Of a DNA stretch of 64,000 bases, positions 51,937 to 62,561 are shown piece after piece. The stretch's first letter is position 1. Each line of letters starts with the position of its first letter. A model generated the notes under the pieces. It saw nothing but the letters and a program-made list of their open reading frames with translations. It had not been told where the DNA came from and did not search any database. Origin of the DNA: an alpha proteobacterium SCGC AAA015-N04 (GTDB taxonomy: Bacteria; Pseudomonadota; Alphaproteobacteria; Puniceispirillales; Marisalimonadaceae). Location of the stretch: positions 8,545-72,544 of the forward strand of contig KB910566.1 of NCBI GenBank assembly GCA_000383115.1. The letters are read 5' to 3'. The position numbers and the translations under genes were made by a program.

Positions 51937-54071
51937 AACTTTAATTCACTTAAATTTTTAAAACTTAAACTTAAATTAATTGAATCTTCTGAGAGTAAGT
52001 CTCTGTCGTTAACCCCCCCAGTGCTTTTATATTCAAGTAATATCGTTAGACAATTTCCAAAAGTATAACCTTCACCAGAATAACTGAGACCTAAAGTCTC
52101 AGATATTTTTTGTTCATTATTATTTTTTAAATTATAAGTTGTTGAATAACTAGCTTTCAAATTTGAGATTTTATGTGATAAAGAGACTTTAAGTTCATCT
52201 CTGTTAGTATTATTGGAAATAAAATCTTTATTTATAGATCTACGATTTATTGAATAGCTGGTTTGGTCAACTGAACCGTTTATATTAAGATCAGACAAGT
52301 CTGATTTAAGATTATGATGGTTATATAACGAAAACCAAGATAAATTTAACATTTTATTTGGATTCCAATCTATTGAATTAATAAGATGTGATTGCCTGTT
52401 TTCGTTTGATGTAACTATGTTTTTCTGTGTACCACTTAATTTTTGACTTTGTCCTAAGAAAAAATTAATGTCTCCCAAGTTGTTAGTTAACAAAAGTGAT
52501 GTTATACCTAAGTTAAGTCTGTCAATACGTTGAATATTATCTCTTCCTTGGTATTGATTAGTCATAAATAAGTTTGCTTCATCTAATCTAAACTCTGAAG
52601 AATCACGGTTGGGAACCTCATCAGATCTATCGGGTGAAAAAATAGAACTTAATTGTATTTTTGGTTCAAATAAAATGCTAGTTTTCTCACTAATTATGCT
52701 AGATTGATGGCTTGCTGCTAATGAAAACCCTGTTGAAAATCTATCAATATATTTGTTGTCATTTTTATCTGTAAATGGTCTGCCTTGTATAGAGTATAAA
52801 TCAAGCCCTAAATTTGCGTCGCCTTGAATTAACAAGCCATTATAATTTATTTTCTTATATATTTCACCATTCCCCGACCATCTTTTGATATCATATCTTT
52901 CATCATTATAAATTGAATGTGCGCTAAATTTTATATCATAATCATATTTATTATTTTGATTAAAAATATGATGTGTTATCGAAGGAGCCATTGTTGGTTC
53001 ATTATCTCCACTATTTTTATCCAAATTTCGAACGTTATATATCTCTATATTGGAAAAAGAATTCTCATTAGTTTTTTCTAAATTAATGAAACTTTTATAA
53101 ATATTATCCTCGTCAAAATCATATCTTCTCATAAAAGTATCTTGGTCTGCATATTTTGCTTGTAAATTCATTTTCCATTTGTTCTGTATTTTTGAAGAAA
53201 TGGAAAAATTAAACCCAAAAACATCATCGCCATCTGATTTTTCTGTATCTAAATTTCCTGAGAAGATATTTGTTTTTAATGACGTAGATTCATATTTTTT
53301 TCTGACATTTAATTGTTCTGCATGACCGGTTTTAGCATTTTGATGAGAAGTGAAAGTCATGTCCCAAGTTTCATCGTTTTCAGGTGCATAATAATATGGT
53401 ATTTTTACATTGAATCTATCTCTCTTAGAATATCCAAATGTGGGCGTCAAAAAACCACTTCTTCTTCTTACTGTCCAATCAGGAAAACTAAGGTGTGGAA
53501 GATAATATACAGGTATTGAAGCAATTCTCATAATTGGGTGATCAAGATAAATGGTTTTAGTAGTAGGATTATGAGTTATTTTTTTTGCACTTATGGACCA
53601 TACGGGTTTTTCACCATCTTTGAAATTACATTCACAGGCAGAGTATAAACCTCTACTAAAAAAACTTTCACCTAATTGCTTTTTTTTAAATTTTTCAGCA
53701 TTAATAAATGATTTGTCTGGTAATTCAGCATATAGAGGTGTTGCCATGATTGACTTAAAATTATCAGTCAACTCTACTATCTGAGATTCATATCTAGTAC
53801 CATCTTTTTCAATTAAAACAACATTTCCTGAAGCTATAGCTTTATCTAAATTTTTAAAATATTTAATCTTATCTGCAGTGATCTTACGTTCATCACTTTT
53901 TATTATTACGTTCCCAGATGCAATCGTTATGTTATTATTTTCATCAACTTCAAATTTGTCACTTGTAAACTCAATTTTGTCTGAAGAAGGATCACTTTCA
54001 ATTATATTTTGTGCAAATGCATTTCCAAATAAAAAATACACGAACAAAAAAATCACCTTATAAACATACAT
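51933..54071 (-). CDS. lptD: LPS assembly protein LptD
   Basis: OstA-like N-terminus, YSAC..P.WSI.A, RRSGFL.P and PNRDS. Confidence 0.9.
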   Translation of the reverse strand: MYVYKVIFLFVYFLFGNAFAQNIIESDPSSDKIEFTSDKFEVDENNNITIASGNVIIKSDERKITADKIKYFKNLDKAIASGNVVLIEKDGTRYESQIVELTDNFKSIMATPLYAELPDKSFINAEKFKKKQLGESFFSRGLYSACECNFKDGEKPVWSISAKKITHNPTTKTIYLDHPIMRIASIPVYYLPHLSFPDWTVRRRSGFLTPTFGYSKRDRFNVKIPYYYAPENDETWDMTFTSHQNAKTGHAEQLNVRKKYESTSLKTNIFSGNLDTEKSDGDDVFGFNFSISSKIQNKWKMNLQAKYADQDTFMRRYDFDEDNIYKSFINLEKTNENSFSNIEIYNVRNLDKNSGDNEPTMAPSITHHIFNQNNKYDYDIKFSAHSIYNDERYDIKRWSGNGEIYKKINYNGLLIQGDANLGLDLYSIQGRPFTDKNDNKYIDRFSTGFSLAASHQSSIISEKTSILFEPKIQLSSIFSPDRSDEVPNRDSSEFRLDEANLFMTNQYQGRDNIQRIDRLNLGITSLLLTNNLGDINFFLGQSQKLSGTQKNIVTSNENRQSHLINSIDWNPNKMLNLSWFSLYNHHNLKSDLSDLNINGSVDQTSYSINRRSINKDFISNNTNRDELKVSLSHKISNLKASYSTTYNLKNNNEQKISETLGLSYSGEGYTFGNCLTILLEYKSTGGVNDRDLLSEDSINLSLSFKNLSELKF

Positions 54072-54130
54072 CTCAACACCATGTCAAATAGTAATATGAA
54101 ATATTATACATAAAAAATTTAAATTAAAAA

Positions 54131-55588
54131 TTAAAATAAAACTTTTCCTGGATTCATAATTCCTTTTGGATCTAATTGATTTTTAATCATCTTCATTACT
54201 GAATATGCCACTTCATCTTTATGCATTTTTAAACTGTCTTTTTTAAGTTGACCAATACCATGTTCAGCAGAGAATGATCCATTATAATTATGGACGATCT
54301 CATAGAGTTCCTTTGTTAATTCTAAACTTTTACCATTAAATCCGTCAGGCATAGATCCATTTCCAAAAATATTGTAATGAAGATTACCATCTCCTAAATG
54401 ACCAAAATAAATTGTTTTTAAATTTGGTAAAAAATTAGTAATCATATTTTGTGCGTCTTTATGAAAATTATTTATTGACTCAACTGGTAAAGATATATCA
54501 TGTTTTAAACACTTTATGAGATTTGAATTTTCAAGCTCCTTTTTTTCAGATTCAGCTGCAGCTTCTCTTATAGACCAGAGTGCTCTTTTTTGACTTTCAT
54601 TTATACAAATTGTGGCATCAGAGATTAAATTAATTTCAAAACATTGTTCTAATACATTTTCAATTGATTTGATAATTCGAACTTCTCCATAATTATTTGG
54701 GGTAATTTCATTATCTGAGAAACTAGAAACGTCAATTAAAACGCCCATTTCAGGTATTTTTTGAAGGGGCATAACAATATTATCAATATTATTTTTTGCA
54801 ACTTCCCAAAAACTTTTTGGCATAAGTTCAAAAGATTCAATTCTGTCTGGGAAATGAGATTTAAAAATATTTAATAATTTTACCGCTTTAGTAATTTCAT
54901 TTGCTTCTACAAATAAGGTAGTAATCATTTTAGGTAATTGAAAAAGCTTTAAGGTCGCAGCTGTAATTATTCCAAGTGTTCCTTCAGCACCTATAAAGAG
55001 ATTTTTTAAATCATAACCAGTATTATCTTTTTTAAGTTCTGAAATCAGATTCATAATTTGACCGTTTGGCAAAACAACTTCTAGGCCAAGGCATAGCTCT
55101 CTTGTGTTTCCATATTTTAAAACGTTTACACCGCCTGCATTAGTAGATAAATTACCACCTATCATACATGAACCCTGGGCTCCCAAACTTAGTGGAAAAA
55201 ACAAATTCTCCTTTTCTACAACATCATGGATTTGACTTAAAACAACTCCAGATTCTACTGTTATTGTTTGAGATGCTTTATTAAACTTTCGAATCTTATT
55301 CATTTTCTCAAACGAAACTATAATTGATGTTCCACTTTTATCTGGCGTTGCAGCACCACAAAGGCTTGTATTTCCTCCCTGAGGCACAACACCAATTTTA
55401 TTCTCATTGGCAAGTTTTAAAATATTTGAAACTTCCATCGTGTTGACCGGTTTAAATATCGCTACAGCGTCTCCTTTATATTGACCTCTCCAATCTTGAA
55501 CATATTTCGTATGATCATTTTTTTTAAATATTGGATTATATTTTAAATTAAGTGATTTAAGTTTTATATCTAAAGAAGTATTATTCAT
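54131..55588 (-). CDS. FAD-linked oxidoreductase (D-2-hydroxyacid dehydrogenase-like)
   Basis: PQGGNT, GAEGTLG, GHLGDGNLH and SAEHGIG motifs. Confidence 0.9.
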   Translation of the reverse strand: MNNTSLDIKLKSLNLKYNPIFKKNDHTKYVQDWRGQYKGDAVAIFKPVNTMEVSNILKLANENKIGVVPQGGNTSLCGAATPDKSGTSIIVSFEKMNKIRKFNKASQTITVESGVVLSQIHDVVEKENLFFPLSLGAQGSCMIGGNLSTNAGGVNVLKYGNTRELCLGLEVVLPNGQIMNLISELKKDNTGYDLKNLFIGAEGTLGIITAATLKLFQLPKMITTLFVEANEITKAVKLLNIFKSHFPDRIESFELMPKSFWEVAKNNIDNIVMPLQKIPEMGVLIDVSSFSDNEITPNNYGEVRIIKSIENVLEQCFEINLISDATICINESQKRALWSIREAAAESEKKELENSNLIKCLKHDISLPVESINNFHKDAQNMITNFLPNLKTIYFGHLGDGNLHYNIFGNGSMPDGFNGKSLELTKELYEIVHNYNGSFSAEHGIGQLKKDSLKMHKDEVAYSVMKMIKNQLDPKGIMNPGKVLF

Positions 55589-55593
55589 TTTCT

Positions 55594-57375
55594 CTAATTC
55601 TTAAAAGATGCTCTTTTTAATCTATCATTTATTGCAACACCAATACCTTTCATAGGAATCGGCATAACTTGTATATTTTTTACCCCAAATGAATCTAGAT
55701 ATCGCAGACCAGAATATAACAAATTACAAGCTTGAAATAAATTTCCACTAGGGCTTAAGTTAAACATAATCTGTTTTTTCTGCAATATTTTTGGAAGTTT
55801 CCCAAAAGTTAACCAGGCACTATCAATGATGTCTGTTTTCTGGTTTATAAAGACATTAGCTTTGGGGGAATAATGACTTTTCATTTGTCCAGGTGATATC
55901 AATCCACCAAAATCTTGAGCAACTAAAATATTTGAATTAAAAATATTTGAAATCATTTCTGACGTTATGTAACCATGTCTTAGTATAATTGGAAGATAGC
56001 CCCTACAATCAACTACTGTTGACTCGATTCCAACTTCACATGATCCATAATCAATAATTTTTGACAAATTCCAACCTTTTCCCTTAAAATTAGGTCCAAA
56101 ATCGTCTTTTACGTGATTAATTTCTGTTGGACTTACACCACCAGATTTATTTGCACTTGGAGCTAAGATAGGAGTTTTTATCTTCTCCAATAGGTCTCTA
56201 GCTACAGGATGGGATGGCACCCTAATAGCTATAGTGCTTTTATTTTGGGATAGTAATTTTGCTAAATTATTTTTTTTTGTCTGTAAAATTATAGTTAATG
56301 GACCAGGCCAATATCTTTCCGTTAAGACATCAGCAGTATGTGTAAATTCACCATATTTTTCTGCTTCTTTTTTATGGTAGGTGTGTACAATTAATGGATT
56401 ATTTGATGGTCGTTTTTTTGCATTATATATACTTTTTATTGCTTTTTTACTATTACCTATAGCGCCAAGCCCATAGACAGTTTCAGTTGGAAACACTACC
56501 AAGTTTTCTTTTTTTAATTCAGTAATACCCTCGTTCAAATCTTGTTGATATCTATAAAAGTTTTTATTTTTTAATTTTATTAAAAATATATTTGGTATAT
56601 TTTGTGTTTTTCCGTGGGCAAGAAAAATATTATTTAAGAAATTTGTCTTTCCATATTTAATTTCAATACCAGAAGCAGAAATCACATTACCACCAGCAGT
56701 TTTTAAAATACTATGCCCAGCTGCAATATCCCATTCCATAGTAGGTGATATTCTTGGATAAAAATCTATTTTGCCTTCTGCTAAATAACAAAACTTAATA
56801 CTAGAACCTATATCTTGATCTGAAATTGGTTTAACAAAAGATATCCAATCCTCTAATTCTTTTGATCTATGACTAAAACTACTTAAAATTCTAAGTTTTT
56901 TATAATTAATTTTTTTACATTGTATTCTTTGAGAATTTTCAAAATCTTGATTTTTGTCTAATCTCCATGACTTATTTTTAAAATTGTACCAAATTGTTCC
57001 TGTTGTTGGTTGAGAAATTAAACCAAAAACAGGGGAGTTGTATTTTATAAGAGCAAAATTGACAGTAAAATTTGGGCTTTTATTTATAAATTCTTTTGTT
57101 CCATCAATAGGATCAATTAGCCAAAAATATTTCTTATTTTTAAATATATCTTTTGAATTATAAAGCTCTTCACTAATAATATTTATGCTAGGGAATAATT
57201 TTTGTAGTCCAGTTATAGCGATATCATTAACTTTAATATCAGCATTTGTTAAGGGTGAATTATCATGTTTGTAACTCACTAATTTATTATCAAATTCTTT
57301 GAAATGCTTAAGAGCACATTCATTACATTTTTTTGCTAATTCAATTACTTTCATTATTTTATTTTTAGTAATCAT
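55594..57375 (-). CDS. Fusion of CysQ-like 3'(2'),5'-bisphosphate nucleotidase and Sua5/TsaC threonylcarbamoyl-AMP synthase
   Basis: N-half SEE, DPIDGT, WDIAAG; C-half FPTETVYGLG, APSAN, PGQMKSHYSP, AINDRL. Confidence 0.85.
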   Translation of the reverse strand: MITKNKIMKVIELAKKCNECALKHFKEFDNKLVSYKHDNSPLTNADIKVNDIAITGLQKLFPSINIISEELYNSKDIFKNKKYFWLIDPIDGTKEFINKSPNFTVNFALIKYNSPVFGLISQPTTGTIWYNFKNKSWRLDKNQDFENSQRIQCKKINYKKLRILSSFSHRSKELEDWISFVKPISDQDIGSSIKFCYLAEGKIDFYPRISPTMEWDIAAGHSILKTAGGNVISASGIEIKYGKTNFLNNIFLAHGKTQNIPNIFLIKLKNKNFYRYQQDLNEGITELKKENLVVFPTETVYGLGAIGNSKKAIKSIYNAKKRPSNNPLIVHTYHKKEAEKYGEFTHTADVLTERYWPGPLTIILQTKKNNLAKLLSQNKSTIAIRVPSHPVARDLLEKIKTPILAPSANKSGGVSPTEINHVKDDFGPNFKGKGWNLSKIIDYGSCEVGIESTVVDCRGYLPIILRHGYITSEMISNIFNSNILVAQDFGGLISPGQMKSHYSPKANVFINQKTDIIDSAWLTFGKLPKILQKKQIMFNLSPSGNLFQACNLLYSGLRYLDSFGVKNIQVMPIPMKGIGVAINDRLKRASFKN

Positions 57376-58004
57376 AATTTTGCAGATTTTGACTTAACTT
57401 TGTTATAAAAATGCCATAGGAATAAGGCAGCAGCACCTCTATATGGTTCCCAATTTTTACCTAATTTTTCCATTTCAATTTGATTTGGTCTTTTAATTAA
57501 ATTCATCAATATTTTAACTGCCTCTTGAAGCGCTAAGTCAGCTGAGGGCCAAGCATTTACATCTTGTAAGGCAAAGATTTTGAAATTATTAATTGTCCAT
57601 TGCCCAATTCCTTTGATTGGTAGTAATACATCAGTTACCTCTTCACTTGTTAGTTTATCAAGAGAATATATATCTAACTGGTTATTTAATGACAATGTAG
57701 CTAAATTCTTTATGTAAAATGATTTTTGTGAAGACAATCCAAAATACTTTAGCTCTTCAATACTGGCTTCAGATAAAATTTTTTCGTTAATCATATTATT
57801 TTGAATAAGTCTTTCGTATATTTTTTTTGCAACATTTGTTGAAATCTGTTGTCCAATTATTATTTTCACTATACTTTCAAAATTTTTTTTGATCGCCTGA
57901 TTTTTTGGCAATCCATACTCATAAAATATTTTTTTGAAACGTCCATCTATTTTTTTGATATTATGAAATGCCGCCAGCATTTTACTATTCCATTTTAATT
58001 TCAT
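57372..58004 (-). CDS. alkA: DNA-3-methyladenine glycosylase II (HhH-GPD)
   Basis: IIGQQIS, L..IKGIG.WT, P.ADL and WEPYR motifs. Confidence 0.85.
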   Translation of the reverse strand: MKLKWNSKMLAAFHNIKKIDGRFKKIFYEYGLPKNQAIKKNFESIVKIIIGQQISTNVAKKIYERLIQNNMINEKILSEASIEELKYFGLSSQKSFYIKNLATLSLNNQLDIYSLDKLTSEEVTDVLLPIKGIGQWTINNFKIFALQDVNAWPSADLALQEAVKILMNLIKRPNQIEMEKLGKNWEPYRGAAALFLWHFYNKVKSKSAKL

Positions 58005-58057
58005 TTTTAGTATCTATATAATATTTATTTACCTAATTAATATAAAGATAAAATATT

Positions 58058-58708
58058 TTGAAAGAAAATATAAGAAATAAAAAAATATGGGATCTTCCTT
58101 TGAGATTATTTCACGTAAGTTTAATTATACTTGTCATAGGTTCTATATTATCTGCAAAATTAAATAGGCTAGATTTTCATCAGTATTTTGGCGTAGCAAT
58201 GCTGGGGTTGTTGTTTTTTAGGATATTATGGGGATTTTTTGGGACTTATTATTCTAGATTTAAAACTTTTAACCTTTCAATTATTGATGCATTATCTCAA
58301 TTTTCAAAAACTGATAGTATCAAATCAATTAGAACACCGATAGGATCATATTCTACATTGATATTTATCATAGTATTGTTATTGCTTTCTGTTTCAGGTT
58401 TGTTTACTAGTGATGATATTTTATATGACGCACCCCTAGCATTTTTAACACCAAACCATACAAGTTATTTGACTAATATTCACAACATTCTTCACTATTT
58501 TTTATATGCTTTAATTGCAACACATGTTCTAGCTATTTTGTATTATCAAATTATAAAAAAAATGAAGATTATAGAAAGAGTAATTGATGGTTATTCAAGA
58601 ATTGAAAAATCAAATATTGTTTCAATAAATGACAAACCATTAGCTGGTATTTCTCTATTATTAATTTTGACAATTTTACCAGCTCTTATTTTACTATATT
58701 TTAATTAA
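58058..58708 (+). CDS. Cytochrome b/b6-domain membrane protein
   Basis: WDLPLRLFH, RILWGF.G...RF and conserved His residues. Confidence 0.85.
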   Translation: MKENIRNKKIWDLPLRLFHVSLIILVIGSILSAKLNRLDFHQYFGVAMLGLLFFRILWGFFGTYYSRFKTFNLSIIDALSQFSKTDSIKSIRTPIGSYSTLIFIIVLLLLSVSGLFTSDDILYDAPLAFLTPNHTSYLTNIHNILHYFLYALIATHVLAILYYQIIKKMKIIERVIDGYSRIEKSNIVSINDKPLAGISLLLILTILPALILLYFN

Positions 58709-58709
58709 A

Positions 58710-59156
58710 TTATCCAATATCAGATTTAAATCCAGCTTCTTCAATTCCAAAAACTGCGGCAATTTCATCATTATCAGATGTGTCTCCTGATATACCTACA
58801 GAACCTATAATGTTATTATTTTTGTCTCTTACTAAAACACCTCCAGGTACTGGAACTAGTTCACCATTTGTCAGCGCATTTACAGAATTAATGAAATAAG
58901 CTTGCTGTTCAGCTCTATTAAATAATGCTCTTGATCCCATTCCCATTTGGAAAGCTCCATTTGCTTTCCCATGAGCAATCTTAAATCGTAGAGTACTTAT
59001 TCCATCTTCTCCTAAGCAAGCTTTGATTGCACCACGATGATCTAATACTACTACCATTATAGGATTAATTTTAATTTCTCTTGCTTTTTTAATCGAATTT
59101 TGGATTATCAAATTCGCTTTTTCTAAAGTAATTTGTTCCATATTTATTTCAGACAT
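58710..59156 (-). CDS. GlcG/HbpS heme-binding protein
   Basis: IA..KA..A, GGVL..D and G.VG.SG...D motifs. Confidence 0.85.
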   Translation of the reverse strand: MSEINMEQITLEKANLIIQNSIKKAREIKINPIMVVVLDHRGAIKACLGEDGISTLRFKIAHGKANGAFQMGMGSRALFNRAEQQAYFINSVNALTNGELVPVPGGVLVRDKNNNIIGSVGISGDTSDNDEIAAVFGIEEAGFKSDIG

Positions 59157-59264
59157 ATAAAATCTCCATATTGATTTAGAATTTTTTAATTTTTTTTTTA
59201 ACTTACATACTTATCTATGTTAAAAAACTTAAAACTTCTACAACTAAATTTTAAATAAATCAAA

Positions 59265-60260
59265 ATGTCACCTAAATCAAATTATCTCAATTTTTTAAAA
59301 TTAAATGAAAAAAAATTAAGTGCCTATGATCTTAAAGTTGTGGTAGCTTTTTATAAATTTTTTGATGTTTCTAATACTTTCAAATTACAAAATTCATTAA
59401 AATTAATTTTAAATAAAACTGAAATTAAAGGTACAATTTTAATTGCAAAAGAGGGTATTAATGGAACAATAGCAGGAAAAAAAGATGAGATTACTTTAGC
59501 ATTAAAAAAAATTTGGTGTTTAGACCTATTAAATGATTTAGAGCCTAAATACTCGTTTGCCTATAAAAACCCTTTTTTTAGAATGAAAATAAGGCTAAAA
59601 AAAGAAATAGTTACTATTGGTCTGTCAGAAATCTCACCAAATAAAACCGTTGGAAATTATGTTAAGCCAGAAAATTGGAATGATTTAATATCTGATAAAA
59701 ATTTATTGTTAATTGATACAAGAAATAGTTATGAAGTATCAATAGGTTCTTTCGAAAATGCTATAAATCCAAATATAAAAAATTTTAGAGAATTTCCACA
59801 TTGGGTCACTAAAAATTTAATAAATAAAGACCCTGAAATTAAAAATAAGAAAGTTGCTATGTTTTGTACTGGTGGTATTAGATGTGAAAAATCTACATCT
59901 TATTTAAAATCTCTTGGTTTTGCAGAAGTATACCATTTAGAAGGGGGAATTTTAAAATATCTTGAGAAAATTCCAAAAAATGAAAGTAAATGGAATGGCA
60001 GTTGTTTTGTCTTTGACTACAGAGTTTCAATTGATCACAGCTTAGAAATAGGTCATTATGAAATGTGCTTTGCTTGTAGAATGCCTATAAGTCAAAATGA
60101 CAAATTGCATAGGTATTTTGTTCAAGGGGAGAGTTGCCATCATTGTTTTAACTTTTCAAACGATAAACAAAAAAAGAGATTTAAAGAACGTCAAAAACAA
60201 ATTGAACTCTTTAGAAAAAAAAATCAATTTCACATTGGTCAAACTAAAATTAAAAATTAG
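59265..60260 (+). CDS. trhO: Rhodanese-domain tRNA uridine(34) hydroxylase
   Basis: EGINGT, DTRN.YE..IG.F, FCTGGIRCEK and CFVFD.R motifs. Confidence 0.9.
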   Translation: MSPKSNYLNFLKLNEKKLSAYDLKVVVAFYKFFDVSNTFKLQNSLKLILNKTEIKGTILIAKEGINGTIAGKKDEITLALKKIWCLDLLNDLEPKYSFAYKNPFFRMKIRLKKEIVTIGLSEISPNKTVGNYVKPENWNDLISDKNLLLIDTRNSYEVSIGSFENAINPNIKNFREFPHWVTKNLINKDPEIKNKKVAMFCTGGIRCEKSTSYLKSLGFAEVYHLEGGILKYLEKIPKNESKWNGSCFVFDYRVSIDHSLEIGHYEMCFACRMPISQNDKLHRYFVQGESCHHCFNFSNDKQKKRFKERQKQIELFRKKNQFHIGQTKIKN

Positions 60261-60629
60261 TCGAATAAACTCAGAGCTGTTTCTAGTTGTCTTGTAATAA
60301 CTGTTTCAATTAATTTATTGTTTTGATATTTTGAATTAATGGTCTTTATATTAAAATTGGAAGCTTTATGACATAATTAACTATTTGATCTTTGGATAAA
60401 TATTTTATTGGTGATTTTAAATTTTTAAATTAGGTTAATTCGTTCTTATTATTTCATCTTTAGATATTTTATTTAAGCTAACAATAGTTTTGTGTCTAAC
60501 AGCGTCAGTTCCTTTTTCCAAGTACTTTATTATCTTATAGTCCTTAGTTTTAGAATTCAGAATTTCTAATGCCTTTCTTGATTTTGAACAATGTGGATTA
60601 TTATAAATATCAAAAATAATTTGTGTCAT
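60257..60629 (-). pseudogene. arsC: ArsC-family arsenate reductase pseudogene
   Basis: IYNNPHCSKSRKAL, then stops and frameshifts; downstream fragments LSKDQIV...PILI*RPLI and TVITRQLETALSLFD. Confidence 0.75.
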
Positions 60630-61618
60630 AGCAAACCCCCATTTCCTAGGTGATTTATGTCATCTGTAGAAACTTTTAAATCACATAATTTTCTCCATAA
60701 AATCCAATCAACCCCATTTTCTTTTTTTGATCTGGCGCATCCAGGCATGCCAATTATTGAAATATGTTTTTTTGAAATTTCAACTTCAGCAAGAAGAATT
60801 AAGTTTCCAGGTTCAACAGGCATTCCCAAACGTAGAACAATACCATTCATTTCATTTATAGATTGAGGAATGATGTCGTTAATATCACATATAGCAGACG
60901 TTCCAAATATTAAAATTATATCTGCATTTTCATCAATACTTGTTTTTAATTGTGTACATATAGATTTTATTTCATGTAAACATTTTCTTTCTTCAATTTT
61001 TTTTATTCCACAAGATAACAACCGATCTTTTGTAACTTCTAAAGTTTTTTCTAAAATTTTTGCACGAGTCTTTTGATTAGTTGTTTGAATAAGATGGATA
61101 TTTTTTTTTTGAAAAGGTAAAATTTTAAAACAATCTTGAGAAATATGGATTATTTTTTTAAGGTATTTTTGTTTTATTCCAAAAGGAATAGCTTTAATTG
61201 ATGCAATTATTTGGTTTTTTTTAACTTTTGAAAACGCTTTTAAAGAAGCTATTCCAATGTCATTTGTTACAGAATTAATAGAAAACAGTTGGTTTGGTTG
61301 AAATGTGATGATTCCATCAACCTTTGATACTAAGTTGCATCTACCATTTTTAGGATCTTGAATTTTAATATTTGATTTTTTTGAAGTAATAATCTTCTTC
61401 GAAATCTCATGAACCGCTGAGTTTTCGTCAATTTCATCGTCATCTAGCTTAGCACATTTTATTTGTTCAAAATTATTTAATAATAAAAGATCAATTAAAT
61501 TTTTGTTAATAACCGTTCCTTTTGAAATTTTTATTTTATTTTTATTTTTATAAACTTCTATAGAGGATGATAGAATTCCACCTAAAGATTTCTCAGTTTT
61601 CACTTCACCAAAAAACAT
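60626..61618 (-). CDS. Molybdopterin-binding (MoeA-like) protein
   Basis: GRCNL, GMPVEPGNL and IGMPGCARS motifs. Confidence 0.8.
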   Translation of the reverse strand: MFFGEVKTEKSLGGILSSSIEVYKNKNKIKISKGTVINKNLIDLLLLNNFEQIKCAKLDDDEIDENSAVHEISKKIITSKKSNIKIQDPKNGRCNLVSKVDGIITFQPNQLFSINSVTNDIGIASLKAFSKVKKNQIIASIKAIPFGIKQKYLKKIIHISQDCFKILPFQKKNIHLIQTTNQKTRAKILEKTLEVTKDRLLSCGIKKIEERKCLHEIKSICTQLKTSIDENADIILIFGTSAICDINDIIPQSINEMNGIVLRLGMPVEPGNLILLAEVEISKKHISIIGMPGCARSKKENGVDWILWRKLCDLKVSTDDINHLGNGGLL

Positions 61619-61761
61619 TTTATTCCTTATTTCTTCTTTTATAGCTAAACAACATATAATAATTATTATTAATTGTTAATTAAATTGACTTATGTATAGA
61701 AAAAATCTTGACGATTAGTTCATCAAAGGATAGTAAACATATAAAGTTATTAAGTAAGCAT

Positions 61762-61837
61762 GGGGCTGTAGCTCAATTGGGAGAGCGCCTGCTTTGCAAG
61801 CAGGAGGTCGTCGGTTCGATCCCGTCCAGCTCCACCA
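61762..61837 (+). tRNA. tRNA-Ala(TGC)
   Basis: GGGGCTGTAGCTCA...TTGCAA anticodon loop, GGTTCGATCC T-arm, encoded CCA. Confidence 0.98.
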
Positions 61838-61885
61838 AACGCATGATAATGAAAGAAACATATAAATTAAAAAAAGAGAATTTTT

Positions 61886-62071
61886 ATGGCAGTTCCAAAA
61901 AGTAAAATTACAAGATCTAGAAGAGGGATGAGACGCTCACACGATGCCCTTAAATCAGATAATTTTGTTGAAAGCAAAGATACTGGCGAATTGCATAGGA
62001 CACATCATATTGATTTAAAAACTGGAATGTATAATGGTAGAGAAGTTATAAAGATCAAATCTAAGGTTTAA
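61886..62071 (+). CDS. rpmF: 50S ribosomal protein L32
   Basis: [14 protein letters not shown]...GMYNGR. Confidence 0.97.
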   Translation: MAVPKSKITRSRRGMRRSHDALKSDNFVESKDTGELHRTHHIDLKTGMYNGREVIKIKSKV

Positions 62072-62109
62072 TACTCCGCCAATATTATCTTAAAAATTTA
62101 ATCTAAAAG

Positions 62110-62511
62110 GTGTTTCAAATGACTAACGATGACATTATGTCCAAAGCAAAAGATGATAATAAAACTAAAAAAACAAATATCAAAATCCACAAAGATCCTA
62201 AGTTTAACATAGGTGATATAGTTAAACATCGCATTTATCCATTTAGAGGTGTAATAGTTGACGTTGATCCTGAATTTTCAAATACCGAAGAATGGTATCA
62301 ATCTATACCTGCTGAAATCAGACCTTCTCGTAATCAACCTTATTATCATTTAATGGCTGAAAATACTGATACTTTCTATACAGCCTATGTGTCTCAACAG
62401 AATTTAGTAGATGATGGAGAAAATGGTCCTCTGGAACACCCTGATCTAAATGAAATTTTTAGTGGTATGAAAAAAGGAAAGTATCATTTAAGAAATGAAG
62501 TTAGAAATTAA
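62110..62511 (+). CDS. hspQ: Heat shock protein HspQ (YccV-like)
   Basis: F.IG.IV.HR...FRGVI.DVDP, QPYYH and YVSQQNL motifs. Confidence 0.9.
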   Translation: MFQMTNDDIMSKAKDDNKTKKTNIKIHKDPKFNIGDIVKHRIYPFRGVIVDVDPEFSNTEEWYQSIPAEIRPSRNQPYYHLMAENTDTFYTAYVSQQNLVDDGENGPLEHPDLNEIFSGMKKGKYHLRNEVRN

Positions 62512-62561
62512 ATTTTAACTTTAATCTTTAATTAGTACTAAAAGTGTACTATATAATCTCT

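Noticed and set aside
61762-61900. tRNA-Ala as an island integration site
   Set aside because: Directly followed by rpmF, and no duplicated tRNA 3' end was seen in the window.
61708-61905. 65-aa ORF
   Set aside because: Overlaps tRNA-Ala and the rpmF start; spurious.
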